From an uncultured Candidatus Saccharibacteria bacterium (GTDB taxonomy: Bacteria; Patescibacteriota; Minisyncoccia; Phycocordibacterales; UBA918), in NCBI GenBank assembly GCA_964402035.1, contig CAYOAM010000003.1, forward strand, positions 7,921 to 71,920: a DNA stretch of 64,000 nucleotides. Direction: 5' to 3'. This document shows, in pieces, positions 38,748 through 48,772 of this stretch. A model generated the notes under the pieces. It was not told the DNA's origin and did not search any database. It saw only the letters and a list, made by a program, of their open reading frames with translations. Position numbers and translations under genes: made by a program. Numbering within the stretch: position 1 is the first letter of the stretch; each line of letters opens with the position of its first letter.

Positions 38748-39188
38748 CTAATCCAACATGAGCGGTTTTACTGGTGTCAGTATCGCTTCGGGATCAATGT
38801 TCCATCGGTCGGATACATCGGCATAGAGTTCGAGCTCATTACCATCAGGATCAAGTACATATATGGAGTGCGTTATAGTGTGATCCGCTGTACCCACAAT
38901 CGTCACTCCTTTTGCTATCAATTCCTTATAGGTGCGCACAATATCTTCATGCGTATTCCCAACCTTAAGTCCAATATGATAGAGTCCCGGTGTAGGATAC
39001 GGGCGCTCTGGCACGACGCCATCAATCTCAATAAGCAGCAATTCATGATGCGTACGTCCCGATGAGAAAAGAGCCATACCGGACCTTCGTGCAATTTCCC
39101 TGAATCCAAGTGTGTCACGATAAAAATCTGCAGCACGTACAAGATTGGTAACATATAGGACCACGTGACCCAACTCTTTTATTTCCAT
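38748..39188 (-). CDS. VOC/glyoxalase family protein
   Basis: LGHVVLYV, HHELLL, GLYHIG, SIYVLDPDGNELE. Confidence 0.9.
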   Translation of the reverse strand: MEIKELGHVVLYVTNLVRAADFYRDTLGFREIARRSGMALFSSGRTHHELLLIEIDGVVPERPYPTPGLYHIGLKVGNTHEDIVRTYKELIAKGVTIVGTADHTITHSIYVLDPDGNELELYADVSDRWNIDPEAILTPVKPLMLD

Positions 39189-39248
39189 TCACTGATCGTA
39201 TCAGATAATCAGTAGCGGCACGACTTGTTTTGCGCTACAGTACGATAT

Positions 39249-39836
39249 ATGAAGAAAGACACGCAGAAAGCTCCTGCTCTCTACACCATCCACGTACGGT
39301 CAGGTGTTGTGATCTTAGCACCCTCTGTGAATCGAATAGATACCATCACGTACGGCTTCTACGTATCACCGTTTGGCAGATGTGCTATAGGTGTAACAAA
39401 ATTCGGCATATGCATGCTCACGTTTTCAAAGTCACTTTCTGGTTCAAAAATCAAACAGCAGCTTCGTGCAACTTGGGGGGACGTAACAATGACTCACGAT
39501 GACAAAAGGATTATGCATATCGGACGATCCATATTCAACTCTCATCCACCTCAAAAACCGGTAGCGCTCCTTGTACACGGCACACCATTTCAAGTACAAG
39601 TATGGAGCGCACTATGTGGTGTACTTCTAGGATCAACAACAAGCTACATTGCTATCGCAAAAGCGATAAGGAACGGACGTGCATACCGCGCAGTCGGCAG
39701 TGCGTGTGGAAAAAATCGTATCGGCTTTCTCATTCCCTGCCACCGTGTACTCGCTTCCGACGGATCATTGGGAGGATTTGGTTGGGGACTCCCGCTTAAG
39801 AAAAAGATGCTCAATTGGGAGCAAGCGAACACCTAA
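39249..39836 (+). CDS. ogt: Methylated-DNA-[protein]-cysteine S-methyltransferase (Ogt/Ada C-domain)
   Basis: GTPFQVQVW, RAVGSACGKN, IPCHRV. Confidence 0.9.
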   Translation: MKKDTQKAPALYTIHVRSGVVILAPSVNRIDTITYGFYVSPFGRCAIGVTKFGICMLTFSKSLSGSKIKQQLRATWGDVTMTHDDKRIMHIGRSIFNSHPPQKPVALLVHGTPFQVQVWSALCGVLLGSTTSYIAIAKAIRNGRAYRAVGSACGKNRIGFLIPCHRVLASDGSLGGFGWGLPLKKKMLNWEQANT

Positions 39837-39845
39837 ACAGGAACG

Positions 39846-39887
39846 AAAAAGCCGAGCACCTCTTTTTGAGGTGCTCGGCTTTTTTTT
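39846..39887. terminator. Bidirectional terminator
   Basis: AAAAAGCCGAGCACCTC-ttttt-GAGGTGCTCGGCTTTTT. Confidence 0.85.
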
Positions 39888-39893
39888 GCGCCA

Positions 39894-40427
39894 CTAGATT
39901 GCCATTGATCCGGCTTCATCACCACCAAGTTTTTCATCAGCTGGAAGCGACTCTTTGCAACTCGTCTTTACGGTATTCTTGAATGTATCCCATGCAGACT
40001 TTCGAGCGTCCTTGAAGACTTTAAAACCGTCACGATGGGTCTTCTTCCATGTTTCCCATGCACTTCGTATTGCCTTCCCCCGATCAGTACTGGAGCTCAT
40101 ACCCCATGCGGTATTGAGCGCTGTCTTTCGTGCAGCAAGCCCAGCGTCGATGTCATCATGAAAATCGCCGAATGCTGTACCGAGTGCGGTCTCTCGAACC
40201 TCAACAGCAGCCTGCATACATGAAGCATTAACATTTTTTGCACCCTTCCGTTTATTAAACTTACGTATTTCTGCAGTAGTACTGCTGTGTCCTCTACGAA
40301 TCTCTGATGTACTACTTGCAGTAGAACCGCGCGATTCACTGCGCGCAAACGCTGGCAACGCAACAGCAAAAACAAAACACAACACTGCAAACACCACTAA
40401 ACCTTGGACATGTATTCTCTGTACCAT
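39894..40427 (-). CDS. Secreted basic helical hypothetical protein
   Basis: Signal peptide PAFA; helical domain with a Cys pair. Confidence 0.7.
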   Translation of the reverse strand: MVQRIHVQGLVVFAVLCFVFAVALPAFARSESRGSTASSTSEIRRGHSSTTAEIRKFNKRKGAKNVNASCMQAAVEVRETALGTAFGDFHDDIDAGLAARKTALNTAWGMSSSTDRGKAIRSAWETWKKTHRDGFKVFKDARKSAWDTFKNTVKTSCKESLPADEKLGGDEAGSMAI

Positions 40428-40536
40428 ACTCGTATAAATGTTAACCTAATCTACTACTATAGGATAACTGTATCACAGCAAGGGCTTTGTTCCAGAACTA
40501 ACTAACACCAATTGCGATCATCAGCACATCATTTGT

Positions 40537-41433
40537 TTATGGTGCTGCAAAATAGTTGAACAACGCCGTAACGCCCGCAAGATTCTTTTCCCATTCGATG
40601 GTTTCATGGGTCTTGAGTTCAACGGTGATCGCGGGGATACCGATCGACGCAAGCCATCCTTCTGCGTCCCCGGTGATTGGATAGGCATCAAAGGTATCTA
40701 CAGACGGATACCCAGCAGCATCCGCATATGCGTTCATGATATCGAGCGTTTGTGGCAAGATACCGTTTTCACACTCCGATGCATATACGGCATTTGCTTG
40801 GCTATGCCAAAAGACCACTGCGACCGCGTTCTGTTTGAGCACAACATCACGCAAAGCCGCAGACTCGGGCTCTGAAAATGCAGCCGTACCCGCACTAACT
40901 TCGGTACCACGCCACATACTTTTTGGCTGCCACTTACAATCAAAATTCCGATTGAGATCTACCCCGTGTGCATTAAATCGACCAGGTGCCGCAGTAGCGC
41001 CTTTGGGTACATCAACAAGTGCAAATCGCCCCTCTTTCCCAACCACTTTAAATACACCATCAGGATTTATCGAGGGAATCACAGTAACACTGAGCGTACT
41101 CTGTATAACGTCAGGATTTTCAGTCAGATAATCCATAAACTGATACGCGAGGAGGACACTATTCCATTCGTACCCCCCGTGCATACCACCAACAAAGAGC
41201 AGGCGCTTTTCTCCCGTGCCATAGGTATAGGATTCGATCGATCGACCTTCAACCGAAGTACCAATCACTGTTCGTTCTGGAACATCGACCACAGGTGGTG
41301 CTTGTATCACTACCTCATCTGAAACAGGGTTAGGGACGCGTTCGGTTTGTGAACGATAGATGAAGACGCCAACAGCCGCCAATAGTACAAAGAGTACTGT
41401 CCCAACAATAATCTGCTTTTTGTAGAAACTCAT
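40537..41433 (-). CDS. M14 zinc carboxypeptidase (MpaA-like), predicted active
   Basis: IGTSVEGR, HGGYE, NPDG, DLNRNF, FSEPES, WHS, ITVE. Confidence 0.85.
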   Translation of the reverse strand: MSFYKKQIIVGTVLFVLLAAVGVFIYRSQTERVPNPVSDEVVIQAPPVVDVPERTVIGTSVEGRSIESYTYGTGEKRLLFVGGMHGGYEWNSVLLAYQFMDYLTENPDVIQSTLSVTVIPSINPDGVFKVVGKEGRFALVDVPKGATAAPGRFNAHGVDLNRNFDCKWQPKSMWRGTEVSAGTAAFSEPESAALRDVVLKQNAVAVVFWHSQANAVYASECENGILPQTLDIMNAYADAAGYPSVDTFDAYPITGDAEGWLASIGIPAITVELKTHETIEWEKNLAGVTALFNYFAAP

Positions 41434-42350
41434 TAGTTTGCGTAGTGCGCAAGTAGTGCATCAATACCCGCCTTGTTCTTTTCCCATTCAGTATCAGTAT
41501 GATTGGTTAGCAACACGCTTATAGCAGGAATCTTTTTCTTTGCGAGCCAATTGACCATATCTCCGGTAATCTCGTATGCATCAAACTCTCTATGCGCTGA
41601 ATATTTGGACGCACTCGCAAATGTATTCATGATCGTCGTCGTTTCGGCCAAGATTCCATCCGTGCACTTTGATGCATACACACCACCTGCGGCACTAAAC
41701 CATACGACAGCAGCAGCGGGCGTATGTGCTTCAACATAACCCTTCAATGCCTGACTTTCTGGCTCAGAAAATACTGCACTTCCTCCACTCACCGTCTTAT
41801 TTTGCCACGTACCCGTTGACTTCCAATCACAATCGAAGTTGCGGTTGATATCAACCATGTGCGCGTTGAAGCGACCAGCTGTTGCCTTTTCTGCAGACGT
41901 TGAAACATCCGCTTTTGTAAACCGATCCGATGCATCGACTACCTTATTGAGACCGTCAGGATTTAATACCGGAATAACGGTTACACGCACATCCTTTGGT
42001 ACGGCATCAGGTTTTCCCTTAAGATAATCCATTAGTTCGTACGCAACCAATGTCGTGTTCCAGCTGTAGCCTCCATGCACACCACCGATGAACAACACTT
42101 CAGTATCGCCCGCTCCGTAGTGATATGCTGTAATATCCTTTCCTTCCACTGACTTTCCTATAACCGTTTTTGTTTTATCAGTAACAGGCGTTACTAGTGG
42201 TGGATTTTTTGTCGTCGTTGCGACCGGAGTCGCTGGCACTACCGGCGTCGGACTTGGCGTATCAACAGTTGTTGATGAACCCTGCATCAAGAAATACGCA
42301 CCGGCACCGACAATAATAAGGGCGACGAGTACAATGATTGATGTTTTCAT
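41433..42350 (-). CDS. M14 carboxypeptidase paralog, predicted inactive
   Basis: Same scaffold, but WFS replaces WHS and ISVL replaces ITVE. Confidence 0.8.
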   Translation of the reverse strand: MKTSIIVLVALIIVGAGAYFLMQGSSTTVDTPSPTPVVPATPVATTTKNPPLVTPVTDKTKTVIGKSVEGKDITAYHYGAGDTEVLFIGGVHGGYSWNTTLVAYELMDYLKGKPDAVPKDVRVTVIPVLNPDGLNKVVDASDRFTKADVSTSAEKATAGRFNAHMVDINRNFDCDWKSTGTWQNKTVSGGSAVFSEPESQALKGYVEAHTPAAAVVWFSAAGGVYASKCTDGILAETTTIMNTFASASKYSAHREFDAYEITGDMVNWLAKKKIPAISVLLTNHTDTEWEKNKAGIDALLAHYAN

Positions 42351-42417
42351 ATAGTGTATTTTACCACAAAAAATAATATCCGATATCTATGCTCTATAAC
42401 GGTACATGCTGACAAGT

Positions 42418-42963
42418 CTACAGGCCATTGAGCCCCTTTGGATAATGGCGTTGCATGTACAACACCCGCAACTTTTCGAGGCCCCGATGCGCTTGAACGG
42501 TAACTGCATTTTTTGTCTGCCCAGTGAGTTGTGAAATCTCCTTGAGCGACAATCCCTGCACATACCGCATCCGTAGCACCTTTTGATATAACACCGGGAG
42601 TTCCAATATCAACGCCATAACCTGTTCTCCATCTATTATGTTTATCTGACGATCTCCGTCTTCGTTACTTTTCACTTCAAAACCTTTTTCAAAAAGTGTA
42701 TCGAGCGATACAATCTTTGGCTTTCGGTACCCATCAACGATGAGTGCCTTGAGGATATGAAAGAGAAATGCCTTCATAAGATGAACCTTTCCCCCCTTCA
42801 GCATGTATGTCCATGTCTTGAGAAAAGTATTCTGCATTAAATCATTTGCAACCTCACTATCATGAGTTTTCCGTGTTGCGTAGCTCTTCAAGCTCTCACT
42901 AAACTCCTCATATCCTGTAGAGAGGATGACGCGTTGCCGATTCTGCTGTTTGAGGTTGATCAT
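42418..42963 (-). CDS. ECF-type RNA polymerase sigma factor
   Basis: Region 2 DLMQNTFLKTW..KAFLFHI..LIVDGYRK; region 4 GLSLKEIS..VTVQAHRGLEKLR. Confidence 0.85.
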   Translation of the reverse strand: MINLKQQNRQRVILSTGYEEFSESLKSYATRKTHDSEVANDLMQNTFLKTWTYMLKGGKVHLMKAFLFHILKALIVDGYRKPKIVSLDTLFEKGFEVKSNEDGDRQINIIDGEQVMALILELPVLYQKVLRMRYVQGLSLKEISQLTGQTKNAVTVQAHRGLEKLRVLYMQRHYPKGLNGL

Positions 42964-43242
42964 ACAATGATGTCGTTTGCCCTGCAGTATTATTACAGGC
43001 ACATTACCCAACCTTTGCTAGTGCTATAGTTTAAGCCAAAAAATGTATGGTGGGGTCCACCATAATCTTACGCTCATATTACAATCCACAAGCTATTTCT
43101 GATTAGTATTATATCACAATTTGAACATTTTTTGAAGATATCACGCCAAAAACAAAGGCAGGAAAACAACGGACTTGTGTAATCGTTGACGACCCTGTAC
43201 GGCTTATAGAGGACACACAACTTTGTCAGTAACTAATACTAT

Positions 43243-43494
43243 ATGGGAATCATACTGTGGATCGTTTTTGGAGCAATTGTTGGTTGGATAGCGTCGATCA
43301 TCATGAAGACAGACTCCCAACAGGGCGCGGTACTTAATATAGCCGTTGGTATCGTTGGCGCTATGCTCGGAGGATGGCTCATGAGCTTCTTTGGGCAAAA
43401 TGGTGTCACTGGTTTCAACGTGTATAGTTTCATCGTTGCGCTCGTTGGAGCAGTCGTACTGATCTCACTACTCAAATTTGTCCGAAGAGCGTAG
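43243..43494 (+). CDS. GlsB/YeaQ/YmgE (transglycosylase-associated) membrane protein
   Basis: IVFGAIVGWIA..NIAVGIVGAMLGG..SFIVALVGAVVL. Confidence 0.9.
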   Translation: MGIILWIVFGAIVGWIASIIMKTDSQQGAVLNIAVGIVGAMLGGWLMSFFGQNGVTGFNVYSFIVALVGAVVLISLLKFVRRA

Positions 43495-43541
43495 GACCAC
43501 CGAAAATCTTTTTTTGATTACCAATTGATAACGTATTGATT

Positions 43542-43751
43542 ATGACCACTATCATCAACGGACCGGGAGAGCGATCGAGTGACGAAGGTATGGGAATTGG
43601 ACTTATCCTGGGCATTCTTATGACAGCTCTCTTTGCGACCTTATTCTTTTTCTATGGCTTACCGATGCTTCGGAACACAAACGCGACACCACAGTCACCA
43701 CAAACCATCGAAATCAAGATTCCAACACCTACCCCTTCGCCACAAAACTAG
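43542..43751 (+). CDS. Small single-TM protein
   Basis: One TM and a Pro-rich tail. Confidence 0.6.
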   Translation: MTTIINGPGERSSDEGMGIGLILGILMTALFATLFFFYGLPMLRNTNATPQSPQTIEIKIPTPTPSPQN

Positions 43752-43884
43752 CACATACAACAAAGACCTATCTTGACCGTGTTGTGAAGTCTCCTTTGGC
43801 CGTTCGAAATGCATACGATAGCGTTCAGACGACACAAGCTTCGATGTATAGACGTATGCACAGGATCAATCGCAATCACCATCT

Positions 43885-44448
43885 GTGAAAAAAAATCAAA
43901 AACAAAAAACAGAAAAAGCACCGATTGATGCGGATTTTTTTGGAAAATTGTGGGATCAGAGCTGGATATATATTAGAACCGTGGTAGATGTGGTGCGTGA
44001 ACCGGTACTCATACTCGACAAGAATTTCTGTGTACTTGCAGCCAACGATCCGTTCTACCGAACATTTCAAGTAGACAAAAAGGATACCGAGGGGACCATG
44101 GTTTACAAACTTGGAAACGGGCAGTGGGACATCCCCGCCTTACGAGAACTGCTCGAAGAAATACTACCCCATAATACATTTTTCAACGGATTTGAAGTCA
44201 CGCACGTATTTCCTTCGATTGGAAGAAAAGTGATGATGCTCAATGCTCGTCAGATACACTATGACAAAGACCAAAAAGCTCAACATCTCCCTCCCATCAT
44301 CCTCCTTGCGATAGAAGATGTGACCGAAATGGTGAGCGTGGCTACTTCACTAGCGCACCAAGTCAACCAATTTGAAAAAATGTTTGACGAGCGAACTCAA
44401 AAATTGGAAGTGCAGGTCGCGATGCTTCAAAAGCAACTAAAAAAATAA
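43885..44448 (+). CDS. Stand-alone PAS-domain protein
   Basis: VREPVLILD..AN..FY..F..LGNGQWDIPALRELLE..LLAIEDVT (CheR-associated PAS type). Confidence 0.8.
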   Translation: MKKNQKQKTEKAPIDADFFGKLWDQSWIYIRTVVDVVREPVLILDKNFCVLAANDPFYRTFQVDKKDTEGTMVYKLGNGQWDIPALRELLEEILPHNTFFNGFEVTHVFPSIGRKVMMLNARQIHYDKDQKAQHLPPIILLAIEDVTEMVSVATSLAHQVNQFEKMFDERTQKLEVQVAMLQKQLKK

Positions 44449-44458
44449 AACAGCTTTC

Positions 44459-44839
44459 ATGAAAACACATCATGTACTTCTCGGCTTACTTATTGTCGCT
44501 GTGTTCGCTGTCGGTCTGGCAGTCGGGCAATCACGAATAGTCCGCACCACTATCGTTGAGACTGCCAAACCTGCAGCATCAAGCGAAACGACTTCCGTGG
44601 TTTCAAACGAAACCTCCACCACTTCAAAATCGGAAGACAAAGCAGCAGAGGTCACCGCAGGTATGACTCCCGAACAAAAGAGCATGTTACAAGGGTTAGG
44701 TATTGATATCAGTAAGATCACTCCCACGATGATTGCCTGCGCTGAAACTAGTCTTGGGGCCGCTCGTGTCGCAGAAGTAAAAAACGGCGCTTCTCTGTCT
44801 CTCACTGAAAAAGTGAAGCTTGTCGCCTGCTACAAGTAG
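44459..44839 (+). CDS. Membrane-anchored hypothetical protein, paralog of 9158..9565
   Basis: EQKSMLQGLGIDISKITPTMIACAETSLGAARVAEV. Confidence 0.75.
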   Translation: MKTHHVLLGLLIVAVFAVGLAVGQSRIVRTTIVETAKPAASSETTSVVSNETSTTSKSEDKAAEVTAGMTPEQKSMLQGLGIDISKITPTMIACAETSLGAARVAEVKNGASLSLTEKVKLVACYK

Positions 44840-44863
44840 TACAGCTCGTACCGCAAGGTACTG

Positions 44864-45304
44864 TTATGTTTTTCTAAAAATGGGATGTGACGGTATATAT
44901 TTTTTTGGTTTCTTGAGATAGCGCATATAGTTTTCAGGAATTTTATTGATTGATTGCCCGGCAACACTGATAAAATCCACTGCACCCATTAGTTTTGCTC
45001 GACGCACTTTATTTTCTTCAAAAAAGTTCGTGAGCACGATGATCGGAATATCGCGCGTGCGTGGATCCAACTTGAGCGCATCGATGGCATCAAAACCATC
45101 ACGCTCGGTCGCCGAGCTATTGATCCCCATCATCAGATCCATCGAAATGATCTGAGGCTTTAGATCGCATACTTCTTCTACAAAAAAACCGTCAGCGTTG
45201 TTAAGCAACGCAACGTCAAAACCTGCCTGCTCAAAAGCAGTGCGGTACAGCACATGATTTTGCATATCGTCTTCGACAATCAGTATTTTTGGTTTCCGCT
45301 TCAT
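44864..45304 (-). CDS. Single-domain response regulator
   Basis: ILIVEDD, MDLMM, DG, PIIVLTN, GAVDF. Confidence 0.85.
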   Translation of the reverse strand: MKRKPKILIVEDDMQNHVLYRTAFEQAGFDVALLNNADGFFVEEVCDLKPQIISMDLMMGINSSATERDGFDAIDALKLDPRTRDIPIIVLTNFFEENKVRRAKLMGAVDFISVAGQSINKIPENYMRYLKKPKKYIPSHPIFRKT

Positions 45305-45393
45305 AGATACATGGTACTCTTACCACCAAGAACCGCAACCGATCCTACCTTTGACCATACATCGGAAATGATGAAGCGACATAACCGTGCTTC

Positions 45394-46299
45394 TTACCCT
45401 GCCTCGTACGCAGCTTTAAGTGTAGCCATATCAAACTTCTTCATCTTAAGAAATGCTTGTGTGACCCGCGCGATCTTTGCTGTATCGCCACTTGTCATCA
45501 TGTCGGTCATAATACTGGGAACAATCTGCCATGATACTCCGTACTGATCTTTGAGCCAGCCACACTGCTCTGCTTCTGGTACCGCAGACAATTTCTCCCA
45601 GTAGTAGTCGATCTCTTCTTGGGTGTCACAGTTGACAACAAATGACACCGCCTCATTGAAGTCAAAATCATGCTTCCCTCCGCCATCCATCGCGGCAAAC
45701 CACCTATCGTACAATCTAAAATCGGTGAACATGACGTCGCCTTCCTTATTTGGTTCCATGCCTGCGGGATATTTGGCAATCAGACCACGCTTTGAATCTT
45801 TGAATACGGAGAGATAAAAGTCAGATGCTGCTTCCGCCTTGCCGCACTTGTCGCCCACAAAAAGTAACGCTGGGATGATCGGGGGGCGTTCTTCACCCTC
45901 GGGTTTCGTGTATATAAGTTGCCATGAAAGTCCGTACTTGTCTTCTATCCATCCATAGCGCTCACTAAAAGGATAGGAGTCGAGAGGCATCAAAACCTTG
46001 CCTCCATCTAGAAGTTTCTCCCACACCTCATCAATCCTTTTCCGCGCATCGCTATCATGTGACGGGTCAAAATTGACCATAAACGAGGCCGACGGATTGA
46101 ATCTAAAATATGGTCCGGCACTGATCGCCATAAACGACACACCCATGAGCTCAAACGAAACCAGGTCGCAGTCACCAGATGGCGTATCAGTAATAGTGGT
46201 GCTATGAGTCACTTTCGAATTTGGAAAGAGGGATGTGTAAAAAGCGGTGGCTTCTTTTGCTTCCATATCGAACCAAAGATGTGGAATTATTTTTTGCAT
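45394..46299 (-). CDS. VOC family protein (tandem PhnB/3-demethylubiquinone-MT-like domains)
   Basis: KIIPHLWF, GWIEDKYGLSWQ, CGWLKDQYGVSWQIVP. Confidence 0.9.
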   Translation of the reverse strand: MQKIIPHLWFDMEAKEATAFYTSLFPNSKVTHSTTITDTPSGDCDLVSFELMGVSFMAISAGPYFRFNPSASFMVNFDPSHDSDARKRIDEVWEKLLDGGKVLMPLDSYPFSERYGWIEDKYGLSWQLIYTKPEGEERPPIIPALLFVGDKCGKAEAASDFYLSVFKDSKRGLIAKYPAGMEPNKEGDVMFTDFRLYDRWFAAMDGGGKHDFDFNEAVSFVVNCDTQEEIDYYWEKLSAVPEAEQCGWLKDQYGVSWQIVPSIMTDMMTSGDTAKIARVTQAFLKMKKFDMATLKAAYEAG

Positions 46300-46313
46300 A
46301 TACCAAAGATTGA

Positions 46314-46682
46314 TTACTTTCCGTCGACTTCAGTCACAAACCCACCGTACGCAAATCGCTTCATATCAAATGGCATCGGCATATCTACCTTCCCATACTT
46401 TTCGCTAAAGAATTTCATCACGTTTTTATTGACTTTGTTACGATCGGCCTTTGATTTATACACAATAAAAGAAAACCATGTCTCCTCCCCTTCTTTTGTC
46501 TTTGCCATTTTAGGAAATATGAACGAGACTTTATCTGGGGATACGTCATCAATGCGGCACTCTTTGTAGTCAAGCGCGCCATGTGACATCCAGACCTTTG
46601 ATGCTTCACGTGCAAGTTTTTTATATTCACCTCGTTTCTCTTTTGGTACTGACAGTACAAAACCGTCTACGTATGTCGCCAT
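46314..46682 (-). CDS. DUF1428 (YbaA-like) protein
   Basis: YVDGFVL.VP, HGALDY.EC, MPFDMKRFAYGGF. Confidence 0.88.
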   Translation of the reverse strand: MATYVDGFVLSVPKEKRGEYKKLAREASKVWMSHGALDYKECRIDDVSPDKVSFIFPKMAKTKEGEETWFSFIVYKSKADRNKVNKNVMKFFSEKYGKVDMPMPFDMKRFAYGGFVTEVDGK

Positions 46683-46785
46683 AATGTTTATATTATTTTT
46701 TTATAGGGATAAGTATATCAAAAAAGTTCGGAGGCACGTCGGTATTAGATTCCTGCCTGAAGTATCGATCGTCCCTCATCATTCA

Positions 46786-47178
46786 TTACTTTAATCTTTT
46801 CAGCACTCCTTTTCTTTTGACAATATTTTTGTAGTCCCACTGCACATATACAGACTCCTTGAGCCAACGTCGAACTTTCACTGCATTTACTTTCTTGACG
46901 TTAGTGTACGTCACCGATGCGTCCTTAAACTTGCCCGAACCAGGCACGAGGCCAGCACTCGAGAAACTAGCACCACTCCAAAACATAAGGCGGACGCCGG
47001 CCTTGAGTTTGCTGTAACCAACGATAGGGTTCCCATCGATGAACCACACGGGATGCCTATGCCAGACCTTGCTCTCAGCCTCCGGTAGTTGACGAGAAAT
47101 TACTTGTGCAAGCATGTTGCATATGTCCCCGTCGTCTTTTGAAAGTGCCGCGTGATACGACTGAATATCTTTATGCAT
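46786..47178 (-). CDS. DUF1801 domain protein
   Basis: KVWHRHPVWFIDGNPIVGYS, QWDYKNIVKRKG. Confidence 0.85.
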   Translation of the reverse strand: MHKDIQSYHAALSKDDGDICNMLAQVISRQLPEAESKVWHRHPVWFIDGNPIVGYSKLKAGVRLMFWSGASFSSAGLVPGSGKFKDASVTYTNVKKVNAVKVRRWLKESVYVQWDYKNIVKRKGVLKRLK

Positions 47179-47314
47179 ATCCAAAGTATATCAAGTAGCA
47201 CGACGGGGGGTCACAACACACTGGCACATCACCACCGGGATTTTCCACGCCATATCCCACAGTCGGCTCACAAGCTCCCTACATGTACGAGCCGGGATAG
47301 ACAGAAAATCTGTT

Positions 47315-48085
47315 TTAATCAACAAATGCAAGTTGTTTGACTTCAACACCACGCTCCGTCATCTGACCGTACACATGAACTTTTGTTGCCTCTATAAATT
47401 GGTCTGGATTACATACTGCTTTTACATTACCTGCGGACTCACACATACTTTCTGCATCAAAAAAAAGTGGCGCGGAATGCCCAGCTTCGTTATTCTCCGA
47501 AAAAACGATATGCCAATACTGTGGATCAAGTGGTGGAGGGACATTGTTCTTGAGCAAATACCCCTCCATGTCAAAACTAAACTCTCGTGGCGGCGTGGAC
47601 TCGCCCAGAGAACATGCTATGTCATCAATATACCAGCCATCATTGTGTCGCAAGAGCATAATGATAGCCTGCTCCGTTACTCTCGTATCTTTCGCAGTAA
47701 CAAGTACTTGTGTTTTATCAGCAGCTTTAAATACTATCCTGCCCACAATATGCTCGGGCGCCGTCATTTGACACAATACCGGATCAAGACCTCCTACCCC
47801 ATGCCCCGCTGTCTCCGTGAGACGCACGCGGAGTGCCTCACTGAGTATTGGTTGTGCCGTCAATCCTGACTGATATGGATCAGTGCTCGTAGACTTAGCC
47901 ACATCTAGCCATTTTTCATAGAAGTCCAAGACTATGTCCATGGGATCATCGGTTGATACTTCTTGATTGATAGTCACTTGCTCTACGTTTGGTGCTCGGT
48001 AAAATTTCTGAAAAATGAATCCTGCAATAGCAACAAGCACAATGAGTCCTAATATCCCCGCGATGATATATCTTTTATTTTCCAT
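47315..48085 (-). CDS. Membrane-anchored hypothetical protein
   Basis: N-terminal TM; DPVLCQ..WYIDDIAC; two Cys pairs. Confidence 0.7.
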   Translation of the reverse strand: MENKRYIIAGILGLIVLVAIAGFIFQKFYRAPNVEQVTINQEVSTDDPMDIVLDFYEKWLDVAKSTSTDPYQSGLTAQPILSEALRVRLTETAGHGVGGLDPVLCQMTAPEHIVGRIVFKAADKTQVLVTAKDTRVTEQAIIMLLRHNDGWYIDDIACSLGESTPPREFSFDMEGYLLKNNVPPPLDPQYWHIVFSENNEAGHSAPLFFDAESMCESAGNVKAVCNPDQFIEATKVHVYGQMTERGVEVKQLAFVD

Positions 48086-48411
48086 GTGTATGTGACGGTT
48101 ACATCGTGCTCAGTTGGAGACCACTCATCTACATGAGATCACTTAACAACACAATGCGAAGCGCTACTATAGCCGTGTAGTATAGCACTTTTGTTACAAG
48201 GGGTCCTGGGACACGTCCTGAGTATATGTGTTACTAGAGGTCTGGCGTTATGTCCGACCGCTACGGTTCATCTTTCTGCCTTATGTCTTATGTAGTGGTT
48301 TGTGAGATTGAGGAAATTGAGGAAACTCTCTTTTCCCTGTAATTTCTTTGAGACTACAACGGCTTTGAGATACAGGTCGGTGTGTGTATTCATCTGTAAA
48401 CCCCAAACAAT

Positions 48412-48582
48412 ATGACCGATATAAAATCAAAGGACCTAGAAGCTGAAAAAGCCGACACCGTTGCAGAAAGTACTGAAGATGCCGCCGCAGATGTTCATCA
48501 AAAAGCAGCTGAGGCGCATGTTTCCGCTGCAGAAGAGCATGTCGAGATTGCAAAAGAGCATCATGAAAACAAGGTCGCGTAA
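48412..48582 (+). CDS. 56-aa acidic protein with heptad-spaced histidines (not in ORF track)
   Basis: MTDIKSKDLEAEKADTVAESTEDAAADVHQKAAEAHVSAAEEHVEIAKEHHENKVA*. Confidence 0.65.
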   Translation: MTDIKSKDLEAEKADTVAESTEDAAADVHQKAAEAHVSAAEEHVEIAKEHHENKVA

Positions 48583-48772
48583 TCTACTCTGCGTCTAGAG
48601 CGCAGGGCGTTTTGCGCACACAGCAGAAAAAACGAGTGCCATATCTAGCGCATGAAGTGAAAACAAAAAGAAGCAATGCATTGCTTCTTTTTGTGTATGT
48701 TCGTGACTTCAATACAATCTTGCGTCTTTTATAAAAAAAGTGTGATTTGTCGCATCTACGTTCCGTGCCCCA

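Noticed and set aside
48086-48190. Possible riboswitch in the ~90-nt leader of 47315..48085
   Set aside because: Only a short hairpin (CTCAT..ATGAG); no aptamer consensus recognised
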